Shown in pieces: positions 12,601 to 25,100 of a DNA stretch of 64,000 bases. The position numbers and the translations under genes are program-made. The notes beneath the pieces are model-generated. The model worked only from the letters and a program-made list of their open reading frames with translations. It was not told the DNA's origin and did not search any database. The stretch is from assembly GCA_030704615.1 (NCBI GenBank), contig CM060733.1, forward strand, positions 9,300,001 to 9,364,000, read 5' to 3'. Origin of the DNA: Takakia lepidozioides (Eukaryota; Plantae; Bryophyta). Within the stretch, counting starts at the first letter, position 1. The number at the start of each line of letters is the position of its first letter.

Positions 12601-13589
12601 GCCCAACTACTTGTTCAATACTGCAGCCATGGGTAGTGGATCACAACAATCTGCAAAGGCATCCGAACCAGGGCTTCCTGCTGCCAGAGTTCCAACGACT
12701 TTGCCTCTCGATGCAACAACAAAGCATAATCAAAGAAAGGTGAGAGCAAAAGTTTCAATGCCTGGGCGCGTGGGTGGATTTGTATTGTTAATGCTACTTC
12801 ACAATGTGTGTCATTCGTGCTATTCTCATTTTTTGATCGTTGTGTCATTCAATATACAGATGGTGAAACCAGTGAAGCGTTCAATGGACAGGGAGAGTAC
12901 AATATGTGCTATCAATCAGACTACAACCACAGTGGATCTAACTGAACCACAGGGTGACCAACAAAATCCGCACAGTGTAAGTACTTCCTTTGTGCAATTT
13001 TGTTTCCTTGTCTGATGCTGGATCAATACACCCCCTATGTATCGCCACATAGCTGCAGGCCCAACAACCTACAAAGGTAGTTTTGTGACATCGTCCTACC
13101 ACATCCATGTTGACCATGCATAACCTGCTACCAACTAGGTATGGCACCGTTCCAGCTTTGATCATGTCAGCATGTAGTATAGAGACAAGCAAATGCAATT
13201 CGGAATTGGAAGTACTACAATAGGTAGGGTTGGGGTGTTTGCTGGAAGAACTTCAATGTCATTTTGCAGGAGTGCCAAGCTGTCAGTCTCTGTTCCCAGG
13301 GTTCATTTCTGATATAGGAATCTGGTTTTTGTTGCAGTTTCAGATCGGCGACAAGGTGTTATTGTTTGATCCTTGTGCACCAAAAAGAAGGGCAGGTGTG
13401 GGATATATTACTGGATTTCCGAAAGCAAATGTGCCAGACAACTATTACCGTATCCATGTGAAATCGGTCATGATTTCAGAGGTTGTGTTGCCGTACCCGG
13501 ACTACTCTGTTACCCCTAATTATACCACATTGGGTGACACGCAGGGAAGTTCCACCTTATGGTCTGAAAAGTTTCTTAAACACGCGTGA
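9655..13589 (+). CDS. CACTA accessory (TnpA-like) multi-exon gene with an inserted FCP1/NIF-like HAD domain; possibly pseudogenised
   Basis: In order: Pro/Tyr-rich N-terminus; Ptta/En-Spm-like block GNPEGP..W..LV..W..SRSGRTG..ETGRTPS (10540-11270); coiled coil (11490-11630); HAD domain ILILDLNGLL..RPGCQEFL..VGVWSS..NTLLVDDSP..NP (12065-12560); C-terminal IGDKVLL..YYRIHV..LPYP..TLGDTQGSSTLW (13339-13589). Exon boundaries are not fully resolved. Confidence 0.75.
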
Positions 13590-14039
13590 TATTGAAGGTG
13601 CTACAAGTTTAGTTTAGTTTTCTTTATAGATTGAGGGTTGCTGAGACAGGTGAACAAAACAACTCTTCTCACATGAACAATATTTTTTGAATTGATGCTC
13701 TTGCTATTCTCATGTATGATCACAAGATCCCCTTGTTCAAGGGCAACTTCATTTTCCCACATCAAGCCAAATTTTTCTTGTGTAGACATGAATGTGGTAT
13801 TTTGCTGGTTGTTTGCTATATTTAATATTAATAACATTACTATTGGTCAATGTGGTTAATAATACAATTTTTATCCCTGTTTTAAATAAGCTTTTGTTTA
13901 AATGAAACAAAACAAATAAAAATTCTAAAATAATAATATATTACATATTAAATCAATTTTGGCATTTGTCAACAAATAATAATTGTTTACTTTTCGTCCA
14001 ATAGGAACAAAACAATGGATATGACAATATTCACACTAG

Positions 14040-14487
14040 TGTCATTGCGATCACACCACGACTTGAACCTGGTGTTAAATCTGTGTGAGAGAATCCGTAA
14101 GAAGAGCCCTTAATATCTATTATTTATTTAATAATTCTGATGGACTCTATTACGTGGCATTCCCTTTGACATACATGTGGCATACATGGTGGAAATGAGG
14201 TGTAATAAGTACCGCAGAAAGACCATTAAGATTACTTAGTCAAAATAGTAGTTGAACTAACCAGTCAAAACGGCCGTCAAAATATCCGTCAAAAGAGCCA
14301 CCTAAACCTACTGCCACATCAGGTGCAAGTTTGGTGTGAGATGGTTTTTTTCACAGGACCAAGAAAGTTCACATGTGGTGCAAAGGACTAGGTTAACCTA
14401 ACACCAAGGGGGGGTGTGAACTTGGGCTCTTTTCACACCAAAATGTGTGAGAAGAGCCGTTAAAAAAAACCGGTTTCTGTATTAGTG
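14040..14487. mobile_element. CACTA terminus 2 with subterminal repeats
   Basis: Ends ...CCGGTTTCTGTATTAGTG at 14487 (reverse complement CACTAATACAGAAACCGG), with repeated TCACACC/GGTGTGA motifs at 14050-14450. Confidence 0.8.
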
Positions 14488-15293
14488 TGCATGTCAATCC
14501 AAAACAAAGAAAAAAACTAGCGCAAATGTGAAGGGAGAAGACATTTCAATAACCATAATGGTTATGGTTATGGCTATGGTTATGGTATGAATAGATTTGG
14601 AAAGAAAATGGCGTTATATAACAACTTTGGGAAGCGTCTAGATCTCATGGGAGAAAGTGGATCTGAAGAAAACATGAGAGAGGATAAAAAGTCAGACCAC
14701 CAAATAAAAACTATGAGAAACAAAATTTGCTTAAAAATTGAACAACGGAAAAGGACATGTGAAATTCCATAAACCAGGGCCAAAGATGAGAAGTATGAAA
14801 ATGAAATAAAATGAAAATTTGATGCAGAAAAGTCGTAGAGCTTAGAGGGAAAATGGAGGAAAACATCATAGAAAAAACTTGAGGACTGGCAAATTGAAGA
14901 ACTGTATGTCAACAACGATTGAGTAAGGCTCCTCCTAGTGGGAGACTTCAGTGGGAGAATTGGTTATGTGAAAAGCAAGTCCAATGTTTCAGAGAAGGAC
15001 TGGAAATGGGGCTATTTTCTTCCGTTGTTAAAAACCTCTTTGACAGAATTTGAAGACTCAAGTGGTCGTGCCCGCCCATTTTGTTCTTGTGATCCATATG
15101 TTATGTAGGCGAAACTCCCCCACAAGGTCATCTTTGTTGACCAGGACGTACAGCAGGCCAGCATCCAGCAAACCAGAAACAAAGGACGAGAACGTCCACT
15201 GGACATTCGAGGTTCAGTGCGACATAAGAAGATAAGAAAAAAGATCCCCCAACGCAAACAAGAAGGGCCATATAGAGAAGAAAAATTTATTTC

Positions 15294-18200
15294 TTAAATC
15301 GAAGTACTGGAGTTGAGCTCAACAATATGTCTTTGGTCTGGAACTCGCTCGCACGACTTGTTTTCTGATTGACGATTAGCCTCCTCCAAATTAGCGCGCG
15401 CCTTCACTGCTTCGGCGGCAGTAATTATCTTAGTGCTATTCCTTGTCGTATTTTTTCGTGGAGGCATTGTTCACGTGGATCCATTGAGAAGGATCTGACA
15501 AGTTATACTCCCAAAGTTTTGACCAACAGTCCCTGTACCTTTCCAAGTCTGTTGGGTTACCACCTTTTCTCGGTCTCCACCACTCCACCTTCACCTTCTT
15601 AAAATTAGGATCCTCCCTTTCGCGGATCACGTCAGATATTGCCACCCCCATCCGGGCCGGGCACGTACTTGGGTCATAAGGGCGAACGAGCACAAAAAAA
15701 CCCTTTCTCAATATCCTTGAACGGATTCAGGGATATTCTTGGTCGCTCACACCTCGGGCCACAGTAAGGTTCTAGGATTTCATCCTCTTCTTCCACATCT
15801 GGCAATATATGTGGATGGATTCCATCTCTGTGATGATTCTTGGACCAATTTGTTTTCGGCCAGAATCCCTCAAGAAGCTGAATACGGTCGGGAGCTTCTG
15901 GAATTGGCTTATCCAGCTCGGCAAGAATGTTTCCCCAGTACTGGTCGTATTGTTCCATTCGACCTCTGTAATGATCGTCAAACATCATTCCTTTCGTCCA
16001 AAAATCCCTGTATTTTTTTATTCCATTCTTAATGAATGACTGTTTTTCGGAGGAGTCGTCCCTGACTCCCTAGATAGGTCTCCTTGGAATGGCATCTGGG
16101 TCTCCTTCAGGGAGCTTCGGAGTCCCGTCAGGATTGGACTTCCTCATCTTCACGCTATTGTTTGTTGGAAGCCAATCCGAATCAGTAGCGGACTTCTTGT
16201 ACTTCATGACGGGCTAGTCCTCCGCATCCTTAAAAAAACGGAAGACGTGCATCTCCGAAATCCCAACCAACGCCTCCTTTCCATCCAGAATACAGCCCTT
16301 GACAAAATTCTTGAAGTCGGGAACTTCCTGAATAATCTGTGGAATGAACTGCAGATCTTGCGAGGTCATAAAAGACCTCATCAAATCCGAAAGAATGTAG
16401 GTGCTTCGTTCCTTCAGCTTCTTCGAAAGGTAGCTGAGAACCCGTCGATGTCCTCATGGGTGTGTCCGACCATTAGGAACCCTAGCTGGATTTCTTCAAA
16501 AACATCTTTGGCGGTCAGGAGGGATAGAAAAGCAAGCATCCATCTGTTCTTATTGTCCTTCGCAGAGTTGTCCATTTGCAAGTACAGTCTTCTCGGAAGT
16601 GGATGAGCACCACGTTTGTCTTCCGGCCTGCAGGGTTTAAGAGCATCCAAACATCTCGATTTACCTCTTAAAAGTAATTCGAAGAACTCGTTTTGAAGTT
16701 GGTAATCGAAATTGTTCCTGGACTCGCGACAGGTTGGCTTCTCTAGCTGGCGCAGACAACGTGCCAAAGAACCAATTGTAAAGTTTGAATTTCCCTTCCA
16801 GAAACTCAAGAGAATATTGTCCGTAAGCTCCATCACCGTGTCCGTGCGTGACCATTCCCGTTAGTGAAACTGGAAGCTGACCCAATCCAAAAATCATCTT
16901 ATTTGGAGTCTGTAGCCTTGGAACAGCTGTTTTCCTATGATCCATTTTGTCGTGAATAATACAGAGAAACTCCTCCGGAATCATAACAAACTCATTCCTC
17001 CAGCTATGGTACAGTCTTCTGCACGACTCTTGGTGCCTCAAATGTTTATCAAACGCTCGTTTGTGTGTCACCTGTTCCGCACTTCTCTTGACAGACTTTC
17101 TGATCAGGTCCTTGAACATCTCATACTCCGTGCACTTCGCAAATGTACTCCCAATTTTACGAACCTCCACATTAGGAAATATCCAACTCCGGATGCGGCT
17201 AACAGCCGACTGCGAGACTCATTCCAACCCGAAAAATTTGTTGGTCTGTTACAAAAAGGCAGGGTCAGGAAAGGAACGTCCACTGGACAATGGAGGTTCA
17301 TGAAGCTAGAACCACAGTCGAAAGAGACAAAATCGAAGGGAGGATCATCCACATTGAATCAGAAAAATCTTCCAGGAAAGAAATTGAAGAATGGAGATTT
17401 CATACATCGTTGGACTCGTCTCGTATTCGCTTCCAGTTCATTTCAGGTGGTAAGACTCTCAAAGTATCCCTCCTTCCCTCCCCAATGCATCTTGTCTTAT
17501 GGGGCATGAGGTCAGTATTTCCGTTGACAATGTACATAATGTTACCCTCTGCCTGAAGCGTCCTTGGGCGTGGCCTCTTCACTCCACGGTTCCCATGGAG
17601 ACTTGACAACCAACCCTATTTACTCAACTTTTTGTACTCCATGTATGTGGACCTGCCAATTCCATGAATTGTCCACCAAGCAGTCTCACATACATCCACA
17701 CCCTCAATCGTAACGTATGCCCTGCGAGAGGTCCCTTCCACCATGTGAAGTCGTTTCGAAACATTCAGTTCGTGTTCTCTCCTCTCATCCAAAGTGGATC
17801 CCCAAAAAGAAGTACGGATAGCCAAGGTTTTTCGCCAATCGAAATATTGACAGCAGTGAAGTCTGCAGCAAGGTTTGCTGCTCACGGACCGGACTTCCTC
17901 CAGAGTAAGATTCTTCATTCTATTTTTGGAGTGTTCCAAATCTCGATCCCTCTTCTTTCTCGTAAAATGCCGATACGCCGCTTTCTTCACACCTGCCTCG
18001 TGATCTTCGTACAAGATACTGTCAGAGGATCTAATAAAATTCTCTAGATCATTTGAGAGTAGTTTCCCACTTTTCAAAAGTCGTGTTTTTGTTAAAGGCC
18101 ATTTTACAAGAGACATCAAAGATCCAGAACCTCTAGAAAGTATTCTGGTGACAAGAACTCCAACATCGACCTCTCCCAGTTTGTCATTGAGGATCACCTC

Positions 18201-18701
18201 GTCCGGAATGCAGGCTTGAATCCTCCCCTCGAATAGTGCACCCCCATCATCATCCAACAGTACGCACTGCAAGTTTCTCCAGTTGTTTCTTCCGAGTCCT
18301 CGAACTCTTCGATGGTCTGTGGTTTGATTCATCCTCGTCGTCGTCAGAATTCTCGGCAGTATCTCTTGTCTCCAGCATAAAATCAGGATTCATGTCAGGC
18401 CCTCCTTGATACTAGTTATTCTCCGCAAGAACTTCGCCAACATTCCACATCACCGGGGTCCCAATGGCCTCCTTCAAGGTGTCAGCATCCATATGTCCAT
18501 AAGGAAGAGACATAATGAGTGTGCTTCATCACATGAGATGAGAACTACTGAAATGGTTGAGGAAGATAATTGTTGTTCATGACAGGTCCCAACCCCGGAG
18601 ACATTAAGGCAGTCCCCAGTGGCTACTGGAGATGAGGACCCGGGAAGAGTAAGAAACACACTTTGACCCGTCTCTAAAATCATGATCACCGGAACCTCCA
18701 C
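15294..18701 (-). pseudogene. Sola-like (DUF7869-type) DDD transposase, frameshifted
   Basis: KPCCRLHCCQ..VCETAWWTIHGIG..LHGNRG..DLMPH..LPP [intron ~17246-17404] ..FAKCT..H..HQ..IIHDKMD..RRLYLQMDNSAKDNKNRWMLAFL..FLMVGHTHEDIDG.FS; C-terminal beta-rich domain VLVRP..VKVEWWRP. Confidence 0.8.
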
Positions 18702-21122
18702 TGCACAAGCGAGGAAACTGGAAACCCCTCCGTGACGACCTTACTGACAGTAATAAGCAGTATGAGTGAAGACTATATTCAGAGATGAATCAATTCAATA
18801 AAAGGAAATACACTCGCGTATGAACGTTTCAGAGAAGTAGAATAGAAATGGAATTGTTGTTTGGTCTGGAACATTTCATTTGAAGATTGTGTCTAATTAT
18901 ATAACCTCCACTGTACAATGGAGGTTAGATGAGATACAGATGAAAAAGTCGGACGGATGAATATTAGTGGATGAACATGGTTACGTGGATGAATAATTGT
19001 AATGACGGATGGATGTGAGCATTGACGCGACTGTCCAGTGGAGGTCCACGACTTCAGGTATAACGAAATACAGAAATCGGAGAGAATTGGACTGTAATTT
19101 CTAAACATGCAGATGACAAATAAGTAGATTTTCCTGTAGAGTATAGAAAATATATAGATGTCTTAACATTTTCTACGGGTGAAAATGCAGTTCACACGAG
19201 AGATTATGGAAATTCAGAGAGTTACACCTACGATGGCCGCAGAGGTACTGGATGCCCAGAGAGGTGCAGTATGGGAAGCGAGGTGGGAGATGACCAGAGA
19301 GGTGCGGGAAACACAATCTGCAAGTGATTGGTATGGAGATAGAAGTTTGAACAGTTTGCACTCAGACCTTATATAGAGGTGGAAACCAGGTTGCCCGCTG
19401 GAACTCCTCCAATGGGATAGTGCGATACATTGTCTCCCGGATCGATTTCTGTCGCCGTTGATATCCGGTATGGCCACAATCGAACGGTTCTAGATGGTGT
19501 AGGAGTGCACTCTTTGACCGATTTCGGAAAAGAGTGTCATTTACTGGTAGATCCCTATGTAACAATTATGATGCCAGAAAGATAACGGCTGATAACGGTG
19601 GTTCAATGGTCTCGCACTCGTGCTTATAAAGCAGTACGTATTTCGCATTCAATGTTGTCCAAGTGGCTGATGGCCTGACGCCGATGACAATGTGCAGCTA
19701 TGACACTCGGCCGAGAATGCGGCAGGCGTAAATGAGTGACAGAGGAAATATTCCAAGCCTTAATCCGCCGAATGTAGACATGGTCAGGAGCAATTATTCC
19801 CAGTGGCAAAACGCCGCAAGAGGATCTGACTTGTACATTTCATTTATCGTCACGTGGGGGGTGTGGGAAATATCCCACGGGGTTATAATTGATGATCCTG
19901 TGCAAGGAATCATTAATGTCATATTTTCTCGTTCATTCATCTGTTTTTTCATTTCATCTAGTCATTCGTAAAATGGATGGATAGAATGGAAAGGATGAAT
20001 TGGATGATATTTGCATGGATGTTGGATGGAACACGCGCGACCGTTCGATTTCGAAAGGACGCGATGGTTCAGATCCTTTGCGACGGCACCATATAAGGGG
20101 TGTGGTCGTTCAGCCCACCCTTTCGCCACTCCATTGTGTACGCGGAAGCACTGCGGAAGTGGTAAGACCGAGTAGCGCTAGAAAAGAGAGTTTTGAAGAG
20201 CGGAGAGCGTGAAGAGTAGAGATTGTGTTGTGCATGGTGCCGTGAGAGCTGAGAGAAGAGAGCGTGTAGTTCAGTGCAGCGTGAGAGTGCAGTGGAGGAA
20301 AGGAAGCAGACAGCGGATTCAAGTGCAGACAGGAGACGGGAAGGAAGCAGAGCGTAAAGGAGAGCGGAGCGGAGCGGTGGAAGCTTAAGGGTCAGGCGTT
20401 TCAGGTTAGCAACAGGGGCACCGAAATGGCTCACGCATCTAGCAGGTAATGTTCTCGTTTACGCATGTGGTTTGATGTCATTCTCTCTTGCTTGCTTGTC
20501 ATTCTCTCATTCTCTCTTTGTTCTGTTTGTTGATTTGATTTTCTTTTTGTTTTGCTGTTGTTTTTGTTGGTCAGCATTGCCCACGTCGCTGTTGGTTTGC
20601 TTCTCTTCCTCACTCGCTTTCGTTCCAAAGGTTATAGAGCACCATTTGATTCTTGCATGTCATGTTTCGTGAGTGTGCTGTCTTGTCTGATGCGGAGCAT
20701 CTCTTTTCAATTCATGTGGTTCCAAAGCTGTTTCAATTAGTTTGAATTGATTAAAGTTGTTTAGGTGTTTCAATGCATTGTTGCTTCTCTGCTGGTGGTT
20801 GGTATGGGTGGTTTGTGGTCCTGGTTTACTGGTGCTGCTGGATTATTAGGGTTATGGATTAGGGTTATGGCGGGTTAGGATCATGGTTTTTAGTGATTGT
20901 TTTTCCGAATTTCCGATATTTGATAACGGGTTTTTCTTCAGGGCTAGGCAACTCTAGTAGACTAGTCTCCGTAGACCACTAGACCTCTACTAGACCTCCA
21001 TAAACTCCGACAGGACAAACCACACGAACCTCGCCTGCCCAGTGGAGATTCCTGCGTGTTACTATGCCAAGGCACAACATAAGGATGTATTGAGATAGAC
21101 TTATGTAGGTTCCTCCCCTGCG

Positions 21123-21712
21123 TTGATTTTTTGTTCTGTCAGTATAAAAAGAACGGACGTAGGAGTGCACACGGTGGCCAAAGATGGTTCTGAGACCATC
21201 GTCGACATCTGTAAGAGGCCAAGGAGACAGAATCCAGTAAGCATCAACGAAGCAGAAAACCAAGATGAATCACTGGTTGTATCGAAAACAAAAACCTTCA
21301 AGAAGAGATCTGAGAATCAAATATCAGATGTGGGATTTGACGTGCGAACCTTCATAAATCCGGGCACTAACGAACAATGTTCGAGGGAGTTATTCGACGG
21401 GAGACAACGGAGGAAACAGAGGAAGATAAAGATGAAAGTGATGACTGTAATCTTCAGTCTGATTCAGATAATGACATTTCTGTAGGAGATAGTGAACAGT
21501 ACCCGGGATCCGTCCTTCCGTCCTCTCCAGGATACAGTCCTCACTCTCCTCAGTATGCAGTCCTTGTAAATTCTCCAGAATATATCCCTGCAGATTCTCC
21601 TCAGTACGTCCCTGGAGATTCTCCAAAATACATCTCTGGAGATTCTTCGACATATACACCTAGAGAGTACTCCCCTGAAACCTTGAGGATGATTCGAGAG
21701 AGCCTCCTGTAG
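21123..21712 (+). CDS. Transposon cargo ORF(s): acidic tract plus SPxY repeats (Pol II CTD-like)
   Basis: EETEEDKDESDD..SSPGYSPHSPQYAVLVNSPEYIPADSPQYVPGDSPKYISGDSSTYTPREYSPE. Two overlapping frames (21123-21485 and 21377-21712) suggest a frameshift. Confidence 0.55.
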
Positions 21713-22129
21713 TTATTGTAGATACAAGAAAATGAAAAGATGAAACTCATCTTACAAAAGAATATCGATTTCTTGTAGAAATTATATATTCGTTATAGGA
21801 ACAATTTTGAGACCGGATGATGTATGGAATGGCGAGACAAGCCTTCTCTGAATAAATGTATTATTCTTCTTATAAGTGAAATCGTTTTCTCCTCCTGAAT
21901 TGAACTTTTTTATCTGTCAGCTATGAGCGTATGAATTGTTGAACCTCCACTGGACAGTGGAGGTTACTGTCCTGGGAATCTTGTATGGTTGTCATGATAT
22001 GTGTCTGAGGACCGAGGTGGTTTGTTCTGTGGACAACAACATTACCCTGAGGGATTGTATTGTTGGAATGTGCAAACTTACATGCTTGTTAGGTCGATAT
22101 CATTTCTGACCTTATTCAATTCTGTCGCA

Positions 22130-25100
22130 GGAACTTGTGCAAGATGTAAATGACGACAATCTTAAGAAGTACTACACTGACTGGCCCTCAAAGATTATAT
22201 GGTCAAAGGATCTGATGAGGCTCGTGAAGCTATCTAAGCTCCTAAACGACCCGAATAAGGCGCATAGATTTGACACAACATTTCTCGAGAAAGTTGCACA
22301 TGCCCGTAATTTCTTCGAGCTGAGGGGGAGGCCGAAAAAGTACAACGATCACACAACGAAGGCGGAGACTAGACAATGGAAGGTAAATGATTCATTGTGT
22401 TTTCCGTTCCTTTTGCTAGAGAACCAAAATATTCTCAAGCTTGGATTTAATGTGACAAACGGAGACCGCATTACGAAGCAGGAGACAGTACAAAAATAGC
22501 TTCATAAGGGAGGGTGCTACAATGAACGAGCGGAATGGTTCAGCATTCGGAAATTTGACATGATGGGGTCTTTTGTAATGTGTCTTGTTTGGTAATGAGG
22601 TGCTTGTCCAGTTCTTATTTTCCCAATCTATTTATGTTCTCCACCTGTAACAGTTCCGCAAAAATACTTGAAACATCATATGCTCATGAAAACGTGATGT
22701 TGCGGAGAACGCTTCCAAAACTTTTCATGCTCATTGGGTTTTTCAAGGATTTTCTAGGTACACTCTTGGAACTGTTCCTGGTGGAGAACATGAACAGATT
22801 GGACAAATTTGACTTGGAGGAGCACCGCATTCCGAAGCAGGAGACACTACAGAAAGAGCTTCAAATTACAATGCACAACAAGATGGACGGAGATGAATTC
22901 ACAATCGAATCATCACTTGGTGTATAGTATAATTGACAAGATAATTGTGACTATTGTTTCATCTCAAGATTAATATCAAATATTGAATGAAATTTCTAAC
23001 TTTGGCCCTGATATTTTTTGTAGGAATTTATGCAAGCATGTCAACTCATACTGGAGATGAGTAGCGTGAAGGAGGCCATGGTTCTGGTTCTCTGTGACGA
23101 AGACGTATGGAACCTGTGGGAGGAGGTTTTCAAACAGTGGGAACAAGGGAAGCTTATTGATATTTTCGGGATTCAGTGCAAGGGTGAACAGCTACCGCTG
23201 AATAAAACCGCTATCGCGAAACTGCAAGGACTTAATAGCAGGCAGTTGAAAAGAGTGGCGGAGAAAATCCTGAACAGAGACATTTGCATTCGGGGAATGA
23301 AATTCAAGGGCGCGGACAAATCCAGAAACACAATGAGCGCGTATATTGACCAAATGAAATTGCGACGGTTTATTATCGACGATGTAATAGAAGTCTTAGG
23401 GTGGTCTCGGAGGAGCAAACAGAACCCGGAACCGTATACCAAACAGGAGTGGCGTGATGTTAAAAAAAAATACAACTTCAACAAAGCTGAGTTTGAAACA
23501 TTTCGAGATAGGCTTGGGAACGACTACATTGTTAGCAAACAGAAGATGAATATGGAGACGCAGCCAATGACTGCTGTCTTCAAGAAGTATGTCTTGTCGT
23601 GCAAGTAGACCTTCGAGGATAACCAGAATGCCCTGGCGATTCTACGCACGAGCTTCAGGTCCCATTACACACAGCTCGGGGGGAACCAGAAATTTGCTGA
23701 CGCCGGATCACGGTTGGGACTTGCACCAAAGATTTGGTTCGACGACATATCCATGGTGTTCGTCAATACAGTTTGTGATGATGACTCTGTTGTCTTCGAG
23801 ACAAAGGACTACTCAAATATCTTGGATGCTTTTGTGGCTCGGCAGCTCATGTCCAGTGCTTTTGTGTTTTTCTCCACACAAGAATCATCGGGAAATCTTG
23901 TGTCATACATCCGGAATGGCCCTGGATCAAAATCGTTTATTATCCGACAGGGTTATTACATTCCCGACGAGTTTGAATCATCTTACAAGAGCTGCACGAC
24001 TATATTCTCCCGGACGGTCCTCTGCCTCGACTATGTATTTCCGGCAACAGCTGAGGAGATGGTGAATCCGGATGACCACATTCAAACTGTTTTGTTATCG
24101 CCGGACCCAATTAATCCCGTTATCCAAGGACCAGATGTAGACCCGACCTCGCAGGAGATGGAGTGCAAGACTTACAATCATGAGCTGAGGCCGGACACCT
24201 ACGATCACCTGGTTTTTTTTTTTTTGCAGGGACGGGATGTCTTGTGTGAACATTTTCGGAGGACTGGCAATGACATACGTTATGCCTGTAAGCGGATTCT
24301 GCATCTTGGAATTGTCTGTGTTTTCAGTTTTCCGGATTTAACTCTCGTATTATTGACGTTGTCGGAAAAGCGTGTTTAACCTGTGTCTGATTGTTCCATT
24401 TTCTTAACCTCCACTGGGCAGTGGAGGTTCATGTTATTGGAGTTGTGGGTGTTTTGGGTGTTTGTTATTCTGCAGATTGGTGTGTTTGGTAGTTGTCTCA
24501 AAAGAAAGCCTAACCCTTTCAATCTATCGATGGTTGGTGTTCGTCGGATTTATTTTGATATCATTGTTTGGTTTCATTGCAGGAAAGAAATATTTGTGTG
24601 CTCGACATAAACTTTGTAACAAAAAAGAAATTTTGTAGAAGCAAGGTGGAGGCCTATTTCAGGACCCTCCAGATTGACAATCATACTATCGCAGGAGACG
24701 GAGATGACGGAGACTCACTGCAGGATGACGAAGTGGACGAAGAAGATGATGACGAAGGACACGACAAGGATCAGGACGAGGAAATGGAGGAGAAACAAGA
24801 AGAGGAGGAGGAGGAGAAAGACGAAGATGAGAACATGGAAATCGTCAACGGAGTCCAGGGGGCAGATGCGGCTAATGTTGGAAAGGGAAAGAGAGGGCCA
24901 GGAAATTTCACGGTTGGATAATCTAGGTAGTACTCCAAATACCCAAGAACGCGTTGCGCCACAAGATGTACACAATCTGGACAGCTCTTCCTCCAGTTCC
25001 GATAACACCACAAATAAGAATCCAGCTTCTCCAGGCGGACAAGAAGCGACATCGACGGAGTTAGTTGAAACCCTCGGTCAAGGGTTCACACATGTGGAAG

